64,000 nucleotides of DNA, from NCBI GenBank assembly GCA_028534125.1, contig CM052840.1, positions 29,264,001 to 29,328,000 of the forward strand, in the 5' to 3' direction. The notes under the pieces were generated by a model. That model searched no databases. It saw only the letters and a program-made list of their open reading frames with translations, and was not told where the DNA came from. Origin of the DNA: Lama glama. Its lineage: Eukaryota. Positions 35,095 through 48,359 of this stretch are shown one piece after another. Made by a program: the position numbers and the translations under genes. Positions within the stretch are counted from its first letter, which is position 1, and each line of letters begins with the position of its first letter.

Positions 35095-35550
35095 CACCCT
35101 TCATGACAGCCCCCCGGATGTCCACATCCTCATCCCTGGAACCTGTGCATATTACCTTACATGGCAAAGACTTAGCAAATGGGACCACATGAAGGCTCTT
35201 GAGCTGGGGAGATGATCCCGGACTATGCAGGTGGGCTGTGAAGTTTATCGCGGGGCCGTGAGAGGGCGGCACACAGAGCATTACAGACAGAAGAGGAGGG
35301 GGCACCGTGACCACAGGGGAGAGGTTAGAGTGATGTGGCCACAGCCCAGGACACCTGGAGCCCAGGAGCTGGACGGGCAGGAACTGATTCTTGCCCAGAG
35401 GCTCAGAGCGAGCACAGCCCTGCCGACAGCCTGGCCTCGGCCGTCATCAGCCTGATGGTGACTTTGGACTCGCGGTCTCCGGAGCTGTGAAAGAAGGGGT
35501 TTCAAGCCACCACGTTTGTGTCCCTGGTCACAGCAGCCACAGGAGGCTGC
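35095..35550 (+). mobile_element. MaLR MLT1D/E-type LTR
   Basis: gatgtccacatcctcatccctggaacctgtgcatattaccttacatggcaaaga … ttcaagccaccacgtttgtg…cacagcagccacagga. Confidence 0.8.
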
Positions 35551-36199
35551 TGGCCACGATCTCCTTGCCCGACGGTGTGAGGAGGGCAGGTGTCTGCCCC
35601 CGGCCCTCTCCTGTGTCAGAATTTCCTTCTCAAAGAGTTCATCCTCCCTGCCATAGGGAGAGCACTTCTCATCAGCCAGGGACAAACTTCCAGCCTGGGA
35701 ACATTCCGGATGTCTGAGGCAGCAAGGCAGGATGTCCTGGGCTTAGCAGGCCGGCGAGAGAAGGGGCATCGCCTACATGGGAGACCGTGGACCCTGCCTT
35801 GCTCCCTCCCAGCCCTCAGCTTTCCTCTGCGGCCCCCAAGCCCAGGGGGCTGAGCCGGGAGCACCCGCCCCACAATGGCCTGGCCTGGCCCCTCCCTCAG
35901 CCCAGGGCACTCTGATGCCTGCTCCGGGACTGCTTTCTGAAAAAGCAAACTGTCAGACGTGGAGGGAGGTGGGGAGCAGAGATGGGGGGAGATTCCAGAA
36001 CCTCAGACACTGCAAACACCTACTGAACTCGCGCTGTGTGTGCCAGGTGCACAGCCAGCTGCAGAGACAAAAGGTGAAGAGTGTGTGGTTCCTGCTGCAT
36101 GGAGTGTGTGGTGGACAGTGATGGGCGTGAGCAGGGGGCCCTGGCCTTGTCAGGGCAGGAAGAGACTCTGAAGACGGTGTCTGCTTTATCATCGATCAC

Positions 36200-36390
36200 C
36201 ATGTGGCAAGTCGTCACAGACTCGTGGTATAAACCACATGGGCCTCATTTCACGGTTCCTCGGGGTCCGGGTCCCCAGCATGTCTGGCCGGACCTCTGCT
36301 CCAGGGTCGCACCAGGCAGCAATCCTGTCATCAGCCAGGAGCAGGGTCTCATCTGAAGGTCTGACTGAGGAGGGACCTGTCTCCAACGGA
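36200..36390 (-). mobile_element. Old MLT1 LTR fragment
   Basis: …agggtctcatctgaaggtctgactgaggagggacctgtctccaa. Confidence 0.5.
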
Positions 36391-37084
36391 AAGGTGGGCG
36401 GTGAGACCCAGACCACCCTCCATCCCTGCCAAATGGCCCGTCTGACACGGCCGTTTTCTTCGTCAGAAGGAGCAGAAAGTCTTCCGCAGCCTAATCCCAG
36501 ACGTGGGGCCACATCTGTCCCACTGGTCAGAAGCAAGGCCCCAGCCAGCCGGCTCTCCAGGGGGTCTGTGCCAGCCCTGCAGGAGGCAGGGATCACCAGG
36601 GCCTGATTCGGCTCTGCCTGCCGCCGGGGCTCCCAGGTGAGTCTCCAAGGAAGACGGGGGCCTCCCTGGGCCAGGCAGGAGCTGGGGCTCAGGCAGGGCG
36701 TGCGGCTCATGGGAGACCAGCGCTGAGGGCTGCCCCGCAGGGACCAGAACTCAGGGAACCCACACAGCTTCTTTGCTCACTTGTGTGCTCTTGACCTTGT
36801 TTATTTGCACAGGATTCCTGGAAAAGGGGGAAATTACTGTTCTTAGTCTCCATTTATGAAAACCGAGGTCAGGAAGTAAGAGTGTGGCCAGAGGCCAACC
36901 GCCCATGTGGGCTTCCTTCTCCAGGGAGTCCTGGAGAAGAGCGAAATCTGGCAAAGAAAATCACAAGACGGGCCACAGTCTGAGGAAGACGCAGGAAACA
37001 GAGGAAGGCGGTCGCCCTTGTGGCCAGATGGCTCTCCCAGGGCCCTGGCCCCTGAGGCTAAGTGAGGGCATAGGAGCTGGCAGG

Positions 37085-37136
37085 GTGCGTGTGTGTGCGT
37101 GTGTGTGCGTGCATGTGCGTGTATGAGAGAGAGAGA
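37085..37136. repeat. Compound imperfect (GT)n/(GA)n microsatellite
   Basis: Directly visible. Confidence 0.85.
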
Positions 37137-37689
37137 CACCACTCCGCGCACTCCACTCACTGCCTCTCCACCAGGCCCCTGGGCCAGGACAGCAGCCCTG
37201 AGTTTTCTGCACCCTGGGCTGGGACTCGCCCGCCCCGAGGCCTGCCATTTAATCTGTCAGGAGATAGTCCAAGCTCTTCCAGCACCGCGGGCTGCGGTGT
37301 CCACACAGCAAGTTCCCCTCTGAAGGCTCCTCGGAGTCAGGGCCCTGGCTGCAAACCCACGGGGTGAGGACAAAGGCAAAGGGGGGGAGGGGGCTTCCAG
37401 AGACCTTGCTGGGAGGGGGCTTGCTGGAGAAACAGACCATTCTGGCGGACCCGCGGGGGCCACCCAGGCAGGGAGAGGCGTCTGTGGCCGTGTGTGGGGT
37501 GGAAGCAGGGTGAGCAGGGTCCGCAGCCTCGCTTTGCATGCGCAAAGCCCTGAATGGCTGCCCCGGCCACCCCAGCCGAGCGGAACTGACAGTGGCCGGC
37601 AGGGTCACTTTCCGAGCCCCGTTTGTGCGTCTGCGCATCCTGCTTAGCCTGGAGGCCTGCCTCCCCACACAGGGAGTCCAACTCATAAG

Positions 37690-38040
37690 GGATTGGCCTG
37701 TCAAATAAACAATGACAAGCATACAGAATAATATACAGGCATTAAAACATTTAACATCAGGGCCTCATCACACAACATATTAATACATAAAAAATCAAGA
37801 TATATTAGAATACGTATAGCACGCCCCCGTGTGTGAACAATGACGCAGCGCACGCCACATGCCGTAACTGCACGTCACACTCGCCCCTGGAAGGAGCGGA
37901 AGCAGCAGGACACACAACGTGCTGACGACAGGCATCTCTGAAAGAAGGGGACACGCAGGCGAGATCTGCTTTCTTCTTTACAACTTTCTGTCCTTCCACA
38001 TTTTTCTTCAATGAACGGACGTTTGTAATAAAATAAAGGG
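37690..38040 (+). mobile_element. Degenerate L1ME-type 3' fragment
   Basis: AT-rich island with L1ME-like 3' motifs ending in aataaaataaa; strand and boundaries uncertain. Confidence 0.4.
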
Positions 38041-41000
38041 GGGGGTGTAAGACCAGCAGCGAGGGATGGGCTCTCCCCACCTCCCCCGCCCACCTGGAGA
38101 AGGAGGCCCAGACACGGCCAGCGGCAGCATCCAGCACCGTCAGCGGCGTCAGCATCGGTGGGTCCGAGGCAGCCACCCCCTCTGTGCTCACCTGTTGCTC
38201 CCGGGGCTCAGTGCGTCTCACCCTTTCCAGCCCTGGTCCCTTTGCCCAGGCCGCATCCTCCCCTGTGCTTTCCCCACTCTCTGGTAGTCAGAATCCTATC
38301 CTTCCTTCAGAAGGACCACCTCAAACCTCAAACGTCTTCTGCATCCCCGCCCCTCGCCCATGTTCTGTCCCTGCCTCCGGGTCCCACCTCCCCATGCCAT
38401 CCACTCCCCTCCAGGACACAACAGGGGGGCCAGGCTCTGGCTTGGGTGCAGCAGACACAAAGCACTGGGGTGGGGCGGGGGAGACTTCCTCCCTGCAGCC
38501 AGGGCCTGACTCTCCTCAGGATGCAAGAAATTCCGCTGGTGCAGGAGGCGGGGTGGCAGTGCCCCTGGGCCATCGCATCATAGCTCCTGCCTGGGACTCT
38601 GCATGGTCCCTTCAGGGGCCGAGTGCTGTGTGCAGAGCTGACCAGTGAGATCCAGAGGGTGGGCGAGGCCAGGCTTCCTGACGCTGGGCCAGGCTGGGGT
38701 GACCCATGGTCCCCAAGTCCCCAGGACTGAGGGCCTTCTCAAGACACAGTTTTCAGTGCTAAAACCGGGAGAGTCCCAGGCAAGCTGGGCTGGTTTGTCA
38801 CCCTGTCAGGGGCTGAGCCCTCCCTGTGGGGCTCTGGGACCAGGCCACTACCACATGGTGTCACATGTGCGAGCCCACAGTCCCTGTCTCTGCAGGATGG
38901 GGAGGCCCTGTACCCAGGTCATGAGGCAAACAGTGTCTGTCCCCCAGTGTCTCACTGCTCCTCCCCATGCTGTGTCCCTCTGCTGTTCCAGGAGTCCAGC
39001 CCTGGGCCTTATTCCTGTGGGCACACGCAGACCCTCCAGCCCTGGGACACCTCCAGCATCCCTCCCGTGGTTAGACTCACTCGTTTCCAGGACTGATTGT
39101 AGTCACCTCTCCACAAGGCCTCCACCCCAGCCCACAGATGTCCCTTCTCCCAGCCAAGCAGCCCCCACGCCTCAGTGCTTGGTCTCACTGCCCCACCTCT
39201 GAGCTCCCTCCTCCCAGAGAAATCGTGGCCAAACCCCGTCAGTCACTGGCTCATCCAGTAAGAAGTGACCGTCTGGTGTGGGGTTGGGAGCACGTGTCTG
39301 CAGGCACGCCGGCAGGTCGAGTCCCAGCTGGCTGCTGTGTGACTCTGAACAAGTCATGTAACCTCTCTGGACATCAGCTCCTTAATGTCCAACCCAATCG
39401 ACAACCTCTGCCTCTGAATGGCACAGGACCTGCTGTGCAGGCCATGGGTCGGCGCCTGCGGGGCGAGTCTCCCGGGTACCAGGAGCCCTGAGGCAGTGGG
39501 AACGTACAAATGACAGGATGGCCGCTCAGCAGGGCAGGTGGCGGCGCCACGCAGTGTGGTGGTGGGAAAGTCATGGCCTGGGGCAGAGGGCAGCTGCTAG
39601 GCCTGGGCTGAGCGGGGAGGCCCCCCACGTGGGGTGACCAGTGGGTGCAAAGGCCCTCTGCCAGTCCCAGAACGGGGCCCCGGCGTGGAGATGCTGGAGA
39701 CGGACACTGGAGAGAGCCCTGACCTGCAGGGTGCACTTCCTGGGAGCCTGGATTTCCTCCTGTTGCTGTGAGGAAGCCTGGGTGGCTGGGTTAATCGGGA
39801 GGAGCAGCATTCTGCGCAGGACACTCAAGTGGACCAGAGGACCCAGGTTCGTCTGCAGCCTCCCGGCAGCTTGGTACAGCACAAAGCCATCTTGCCAGGG
39901 TCCGCGGGCCCAGCGGGACGACCCCCACGGTGCCCATACACCTCAGCTTCCGGGAAAGGCCGGCGTCCAGGGTCACACGCCGCGATGCCACTCGCTCCGG
40001 CCACAGCTCCAGCTCCGAGCTTCCCGCGACACCCCGCCACAGGCCAAGCCCCAGCTCCCAACCCCAGCTCACCCGAGCAGAGCAGCTTCCCCACCCCCAG
40101 CCTCCGTGGACTCCCCGCTCAAGCTGGGACTTGCCCTTCTCACTTTCCCATCAATGACTCAGGGATCGGGCAGGGGTGAGGCCAGGGCCGCAGGGCGCAG
40201 AGATGGTGGCAGCAGCCCCTCCCTGGCTCTGCAGCATCCTCAGGCCCAACTGAGCAAGTTTTTCCATCTCCTGAGTGTCTGCCGGCACTGTCCCGGCCTC
40301 TCTGCGCCCCCGAAAAGGGCTTGACCCTGCGCTGCGGTCCAGCCGAGCATTCCTAGGGTGAGGGCCCACACTCCTTCTTCCAAACTCGGTTGCCTGAGCA
40401 GTGAGGACACCCCTTCCCCAGCAGACAGACTCCCCACAGAGGTCACGTATCTTAAAAAAAAACCAAAAACAAAACCCAGTGTGTGAGCCCCCGACCCCGA
40501 CCCCGACCCCTGCGCTGTGAGTCCTTGGCACCTCCAGGGAGCTACAGCTCTTAGTGATTACCCCCATCCCCAAAACCGCCCTTGGGGGCGCCTTCTACAC
40601 TCGGGGCTCTGGGCTGGGGGCTCCAACCGCAGCTCACGCTCCAGGGGGGCTGGGCCTCTCCCAGCAAGGGGAGAAGCTGCAGCTGGGCTTGGACAGGAAC
40701 CAAAGCCAACTTGGAAGCGACAGGGCTGCGTGTTCCCAAAAAGCCGGAAGCGCCGGGAGCTGGAGGCCGCCTCCCCCTCCACGGTGTGTGCCCCCTGCTG
40801 CCCCTCGCAGCCTGCATCCTGGAATCAGCCCTCTGAGCCAAGGACCAGGGAGGCAGTGCCAGTGCTCCTGGGCTGCTCGCACCGGCCCTCTTGGCACAGG
40901 TGGCGCTTCCCCCCCACCAGGCTCTGGGCCAGACGTTCCTCCTCCTCCGCCCCCCGGTGCCCAGCACAGCCCGGCTGCGAGAGGCGTCTCCCGTGTTTGC

Positions 41001-41979
41001 TGAATGAGCGTGTCTCGAGTCCCAGTTCCGTCTGCTCACAAACACTCCCCTTCTGAGGCCTGGACGCCTCCCTGAACCCCCACCGACATCACCAGTCACC
41101 TCTGGGTCTCCCTGGAAGGGCAAGGATTCTGTTCCATAGCAGGATGGAGAAGCTAACCCTTGCACGTAGCTTGAATCAAGGGAACACCGCCCTCCCTACC
41201 TCCTCCACACACATCCCAGAGCTCACGGCAGGCGCCGCCAGCTGACCCCAGCACGCCGACGGCACGGGTCAGGGCTGGCACGGGAGATGCTTCTGTGCCA
41301 CCACGGGGTGGGGGTGTGGCCTCATGAGATCATACCTGATCTGTCTGCAAAACCCCTTTGTAATTTGTAAGTTCTTACTCGATCGTGAGATGCAGTTTCC
41401 ACAGCCGACAAGCAGGAAACCGCAGAGAAGCCTGGACAAAGGATGGGTCTGGGTGAACGGCAGAAGGCGTCTGACGGGGCACCCAGGCTGGAGGCACTAA
41501 GAGACTCCGACTTGCTGCGGGGCCGCTCAGCCCCCTTCTCCTGCCAGACTCTGAAGCAGGCCGCTGCTTTACGACGGGGGGGCCGCACGTGGCGGGCCCG
41601 CTTGGTGGCTTCTGTGTAACTCTGGTCAGCCCCATCTCTACCTCGGACTCCCTGATGCTGAAGTTCTCCCATTTAAACCGCCCAGGAAGGAAGACGTGGT
41701 GCACAAAAAGGCTGGGGGTGTGCAGGACAGGGGACAGGTCCTGCCCAGGGCGCAGGGCCGCCCCTCCAGGAGAGCAGGCAGAGGGGCGTCTGTCAACACT
41801 GAGTGGGCCAGAGCGACGCCCCTCAGTCTGGGCCTCCCGGCCCTCCCTCCTCTGAGACCCTGTTGCAGTGACCCTCCCCCCCCAGGCTGGAGATCTGGGG
41901 ACAGGGTGTGGACTGGGAAAGTAGGGGAGAGGAGACAGATGCTCCAAGCACTGGGTCTTTGGGAGCAAAGAATTTCACT

Positions 41980-42639
41980 CAGCAAACAGTGTGGTCCCTG
42001 CCCTTTGCAGGGCACCTGCATTTTGGGACAGGTGTGAAATGGTAATGGCTGGACCCCCACCTGTACCCCACCCCCTCCAGACCTAGTACCGCAGAGGGGT
42101 GGGTGGGGAGATGGGCAGGAGAGGGGCGGGGGGGAGGAAGTGTGCAAAGAGAGGCCTGGATGGGTGGGGGTCCCAGAAGGACCCAAGCAGCAGACGATCC
42201 CCAAGTGTGACCCCATCAGCGACCCCGCAAAGACAATCCAGAGGCGAGCCTGGGTGGTGCCTCCTCTGGGCGCCAAGCTGGCCTCCTGAGTCCTGAGGCG
42301 CTGACTCAGTGCCCCGCCCCCGGGGGCCGGCCTTCCCGCAGGCCTGGCACCTCTGGGTGTGTGCAGGGGCGGAACAGCAGTCTGTGAAGCAGACGGGCCG
42401 GGCCACGGTGGGAGGGGCTCTGAGGCCAGCTCTCCATCACAGTATCGGAGGCCAGGCCTGCAGTCAGAAGGCCCAGAGCCTGTGCGTCCTGAGAGTCTGA
42501 GTGCCCAGGGGCTGAATCTTCATCCTCAGCCGGAGTGGCTCCTCCGCGGCCTGGCCACTGCTCCAGCTCCAACGCCTCTGCGGCTTGTGCCTCGCCAAAT
42601 GCAGCAGTCTTGCTCCATGAGCCAAGAGGCACCCGGCAG
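41980..42639 (-). other. PHLDA3: PHLDA3 exon 2 (non-coding 3'UTR); 3' end not resolved
   Basis: Acceptor ctgctgttctttctcaccag| at 42640-42642; blocks such as gctgaggatgaagattcagcccctgg and ggacccccacccatccaggcc resemble the human PHLDA3 3'UTR as recalled. Confidence 0.7.
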
Positions 42640-44034
42640 CTGGTGAGAAAGAACAGCAGTTTAGGGCAGGGCAGACAGGGGACGAGCCTCTGCCAGAGCT
42701 GTCTGAGACCAGGGCTTCCCTACCTGCTCCTACACTTTAGGAGAAACTCAGAAAATGGCATTTGTACAACCCTCTGTGATCCCAGAGGCCTGACGAATCT
42801 AAGTGGATCATTTTTCAGAATGCCAGCCTCTCCACTCCCCCTCACTGCACCGTGAGAGGGTCAAAGGGGTGGGGTGGACAGCACCGCCCGACTGCCACCG
42901 ACCACCAGGCGGGGCGCCAGGCCCCGGGGACTCCACCTGGTGAGGCCAGGAGCTGCAGGGCATGGAGGTCAGGAGGTCGGAGGTGGCAGTGGGGCTAGAG
43001 GGATATACGTTTCCACCGGAGAGACGACAATTAGACCTTCCTCAACCGGCTCCTGGTTCCCACAGGGCGGGAGTGGCGTCGGGGGAAGAGGGCACAGGGC
43101 TGGGAGCCAGGGCTTCTAGGTTCTATTCCTGGTCCCTCCCCAGAGCCTTCCTGACCACAGACCCGCCCCCACCCCCTGCCCCTCTACCCAGGGAGGATTA
43201 AGACATCACAAATAACAAACCATGACCCCATCGGACACCCATCCACCCCCTGCCCAGTCTCACACCCCCTCCCCGAGCCTCTCCTCCTGGGCCCAGCCCG
43301 GGCACTCAGGGGCAGGGGGACCGGCCCACCCCTGGGCGTCAACGGCCTGAACTGCCCATCCCCCCACTCCCCTGGTTCCCGACAGCTCAGCCCCGGGACC
43401 CAAAACCCACCGTCAATGACAGGTAGTGAAGCTCCCAGGCCCAGCTGAGCCAAGCCCCCTCCCAAGGCCCCACCTTGGGAGCTACACTTCCGGTTCTGGT
43501 GCCAGCCTGGAGGACCCTGAGAGCTGAGGAAGACTCTCCCTCCTCAACTCCCCGGCTCAAACTCCTGGACGAGTGTCATCCCAGCAGAAAGGAGGGGCAA
43601 GCTCATGTCCCTCCCCCCTCCACAGCTCCCAGGAACAGCCCAGGGGCCCTGCCCCGTGGAGGCAGAGGCCCAGCAGCCTGAGGGACAGACTGCCAGCCAG
43701 CCAGCCAGCCAGCCTCCCTGCCCTGAGCCGGGGCATAACCGGCCTGAAGCTTCCTGCCCCCCTTCCTCTCGGACACCCGCCAGGGTCACGTTCAGACCTC
43801 CCTGCCGGGTGCCCCGGGGTGCCCAGGCCCAGGCCTCCTGAGTCCCCTCTCCTGTCGGCCCTAGTAGGGTCCAGCTTTGAGCGGAACCCTGGTGGCAGGC
43901 TCCATTTTCTCCGCAGGGGAACGAGGGGCGGGAGGGCAAGAGGGAAGGAGGGCTCAGACCCCAGGGGCTTACCCGACTCGGCCTCCGAGCACCGCGTCCA
44001 CGGGCAGCGTGAAGCTAAGACGCACGCCCGCGGT

Positions 44035-44403
<369 letters not shown>

Positions 44404-44592
44404 GGCCCCTGCGGCCCCCGGCGCCCGCCCGCGCGCCCCGGGCCCCCGCCGCCTGGCCGGCGCGCCCGGCTCCGGCCCCCGCCGCTCCTCCGCGCCGCGC
44501 CGCGCCTTCTCCGGGCCCGAGAGCCCGGCCGCCCGCTCGCCCGCTCGCCCGCTCGCTCCCCGGGCCGTCTGCGCGCTGGGCGGCTGCTCGCG

Positions 44593-44612
44593 GGATGTGC
44601 CCTCACATGTCC
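44593..44612 (-). promoter_or_regulatory. PHLDA3: p53 response element at the PHLDA3 TSS (GGACATGTGA GGGCACATCC)
   Basis: Two adjacent decamers with no spacer, one with a CATG core; PHLDA3 is an established direct p53 target with a TSS-proximal element. Confidence 0.7.
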
Positions 44613-46509
44613 CGCGCCCGCCTCCTGCGCGGCGCATTCCTGCCCTCCCCTCCCCTCCCCTCCCCTCCCGTCCTCTCCCCTCCTCTGCGCGCCGCCCGGC
44701 CGGCCCGGGGGCGGGGCGCGGTCCCGCTGGAGGCGCGGGGCGGAGGGCGCTGGGACCCAGGGGGCTGCTTGCCCGAGCCTTCGGGCCTCGGGTCTTCGGT
44801 TTCTGGGGACCGAAGCTCCTCCAGGCCTTGGGCTCTGGGAGAGTAGTGAGGGGGAAGAGGGAGCGTCTCCTAGATGAGAGGGGTTGCTGCAATGGGGTGG
44901 GGGGGCTGCTCCGTGGTCGCGCCGTGACTCGGGTTGGGACTCGCACGGGGCGCGGGGTGGGGGTGCTCCGGACAGCTGCTGGATGCTTCCCGGGACGCAG
45001 GAGCTCTGGCTCCCCAGCCTCTGTCCCCTTCCCCAGCTTGGCCAGCTCCCTCTCAGCACTGCGCAATCAGAAGAAACGGGGGCGATCCTGCGGTAGGAGC
45101 TGGGGAAGGAGGGCCGGGATCAAGCCTAAACCGGGTTCCTCCCCCATCGGCAGATTTCTCCGGAGACCCACCGCCCACAGCGGCCTCTGCCTCCGCCCTC
45201 CTCCTCCTCCCCATCCCAGTGCGAGCCGAGGAGAGAGGGACCTTGAGGTCCCTTGGCCTCCCCGCAATGGAGGAGGAAGGACCCCCGCCCTCGCCCCACT
45301 GGTGACCGGGCGGTGTCACTGCCTGCATCCTCTCCGTGGCACACACTGGAGGGGCCCACTGCTCACCACCTAGACCGGCGCCCGGTGGGGTCCGCCCCAG
45401 GCCTGCTGCTTCCCCTCTGCAGGTCTAGTCAACCTCCCCCCCAGAATGGACTTTTCCCTGGATTCTGAGCTGAAGAGGGAGGGGAGGGAGGGGTGGGAAG
45501 CAGCTTCCCTCCCTCTTTGGCTGAAGGGCGCCACATAAGGTGTAAGAGCTGCGAGTGGGACTCCGACCTCGACGCTCCCCGCCTGGCGGGGGCGTCCTGC
45601 CCACCCCCAGACTGCATTACCCTTCGGTCTCCTCGTCTGTCCAGTGGGAGGGTGAGCGGACTCCTACCTCCTGGAGCCCTAGTGAGCAAGTCAGATAACA
45701 CCTGTGGAAGCTCTCTGAGTCCTGATAAATGTTATTCCTTCCTCGACTTCCCTGGCATTAGTGGAGGGCGGGGACCCCAGAGAGATTAGTCCGGGCACTG
45801 GAAGACGGCTCTCCTAGGTCCTAATGCTGCCCTGTCTTGGTCAGCCCCTCCAGGACTATCTGTCTTTTGAGGACCTATCCATAGACGTGTTAATGACAGA
45901 TTATTAGGGGAACAATGATATGGAATGATGGCAGCAGTAGACCTCTTTGCATCCACACCCTGTCCCGCGCTGGAGACCCTAAGGACACACAGGAGGTCCA
46001 GTGTGGAGGGGAGGGGCGCCTTCCCCCGAGCACCCAAGAAAGGAGCTATCAGTTCCCACCCACAGCTCTTCAGCCCATGTGCTACAGGAGATGCCCGCAC
46101 ACGTGCACATGTGGGCCGGCCACCTCCCTAACTCCCAGAGGCTCCCCCCACCACCACCCTGGGAGACAGAGTGGTCAGGCCCTGGGAGGGGAGGCCCCCA
46201 GACAGACAACTCCTGAGGCCCAGAGAGCGGCAGTGGAGGGAGCTCCAGGTGCCCACAGCCCTGCCTTAGGGACCCCCACCCAGGTCTAGCCTGTCTGCCA
46301 GCCACGCCCTCCCGTGGCTCCTCTCTCCGGCCCTACCCACATCCCCTGTAGGGAGTCTCCTGAGCGCACCAGCCTCGCACAGTCCTGCATGATCCAAAGT
46401 TCTACGGAGGAACCAGGGCTCCAGACCAGCTCTACCCCTGACTCGGTTTTCTCTCACATTTCCTCCTCCTCTGGGCCTGGGGCACTTCAGTGACCTCTCC
46501 CATCCCTGG

Positions 46510-46680
46510 AGAATTCACAGGTGTGTGGTCTTTGAAAGTTCACAGAGCACTCTCCTGTGATTTTGATTATCCTGCCAGATAGGTATTATCATTATTATTC
46601 TGCTCATTTTCCAGATGCAAACAAGGAGATCAGAGAGGTTCAGCAGCCTAGATGGGGTCACACAGCTTTGTAAATGTTGA
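46510..46680 (-). mobile_element. MIR SINE
   Basis: aggtattatcattattattctgctcattttccagatgcaaacaaggagatcagagaggttcagcagcctagatggggtcacacagct. Confidence 0.75.
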
Positions 46681-47789
46681 GGCTGGCCAGGCGGGCCTGG
46701 GAACTTTTGATGACACCGCACACCTCTCTGTGGACATCTGAGTACACAGGGCCCCTTTTAGACATGAACCAGCTGCCCACACCGTCCTCTTCAGGTTACT
46801 GGCTGGACCGGCGCCAGGCTTTCGGACACAGGAAAATGGGCCAAAAAAAGACAGAAACACGGGGTAGCAAGAGGGTAAAGAGGAGGCCAGGGAGGAAGTT
46901 CAGCCGGACGCACTCCATTGCTGGAAGGTCATTACCAGCTAAACATCTGGTTGCCAGCACCACATCTCCCAGGTGTCCTGAGTAGGTCTTTGGACCCTGG
47001 AATTCTGTCCTCCAGTCTCATGACCCCCTGGGATGAGGGGCGTGGCTCATTTTAAGTCTTTCCCAGAACTGGTGTCTGCCTGGTGGCTCCCTCTGGGAGA
47101 GGCTCAGACCTGAGTTGGATTACGTGAGCCTCACAAGGATCCAGAGGGACGGGGCGAGTGCTGGCGCTCCTACCCTGCAGGACAGCCGTACACCACCCCT
47201 GGGTACAGGGCCCATGGGAACAGAGTTCTCGCTTAGCCCCTGGGGCCTTGGCTGGAGCAGTGCTGGGTCCCAGAGACACTCACTCAGTTCTTAAGGACTT
47301 GCTGACTCCGCACAGAACTGCTGGACAGAACATCCCCTGGCCGCAGCCCAGGGCTGGCTCCTCCTTCTGCCCCCTGCCTCCTCCCCCCCCCCCCCAGGGA
47401 GGCTGATCTGCACCGCTTGTCCATCCGTCTGAGTCTAGCTGGAATGGGTGAGACTACAAAACAGCTCCAGGGATCAGTGCTCTGGAGATGCTCTGAGTAG
47501 ACCGTGGTGGGGAGGAGGGTGCCCCGGTCCATTCTGCATGGCTGCCCAGGACAGGGCGGAAAGGAGGGTGGGATGGAGGCACCAGAAGTAAAATCTCTCC
47601 TATTTTCTACAGTATTTACTTAATCTTATGATAAACACTCTTCAGTGATCATTCATCGTGAGGCTCAACCCGTAGAAAAAGCGCTGAAGACCATTTTATT
47701 TACCAAGAGACTGTGTACTGGCACTGTGCCAACTGGACACGGCAGAGCACTGTTCGCAGCGCACCACAGCCCGTCAGTGTCGCCTGCCC

Positions 47790-48214
47790 TGGCTTCCTGG
47801 CCTGGATCCCCAGGCCACTCTCCTCACCATCCCTCCAGCGAGGCCACGTGCTGCTCCCTCGGGGCCCCCCCCCCAGACCGCCTGCCCCGCCATCTCCTGC
47901 TCCACCTCCTCACTCCACTCAGCGCTTTGTTCAGACATCGCCTTCTCAGTGAGGTCGTCGACTGCCCTGTTTAAACCTGCCCCCAATGCACACACACTGT
48001 ATCCCCTCCCTCCTGACTTCCTGCACCACACACATCGCCATCGAAAAGTCTTGATTTTCTCCTTATTTCTCGTCTGACTCCTCTACCAGAATGCAGGCTC
48101 TGCGCCGGCAGGCAGTTTTAGCTGTTTCCTTTACCCCTGTGTTTCCAGCACCTAGACTGTTGCCTGGCACAGTCAGTCGAGCCTCCGTAAATAATTGTTG
48201 AGTGAGTGGATGAA
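47790..48214 (+). mobile_element. L2a-type 3' end
   Basis: cctttacccctgtgtttccagcacctagactgttgcctggcacagt…aaataattgttgagtgagtggatgaa tail. Confidence 0.8.
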
Positions 48215-48359
48215 ATGGTAATGCAACTGACAAAAACTGGGAGGTGAAAAAGGGTCACACAAGAGGTTCCCATTCTTTCATTGTCAAGAGTCAGCAGAGG
48301 CGATGGAGAGTAAATTAACGAGTGAAGAGAGGTCCAGGCGTGTCGTTTGCCGTGATAAT

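Noticed and set aside
39948-39956. Perfect GAS site TTCCGGGAA and other isolated STAT/TEAD/E-box motifs
   Set aside because: Single short motifs are expected by chance in 64 kb, with no clustering or context to support them
43595-43610. Second p53 element in the PHLDA3 intron (GGGCAAGCTC)
   Set aside because: One perfect half-site only; the neighbouring CATG core overlaps it rather than forming a second decamer
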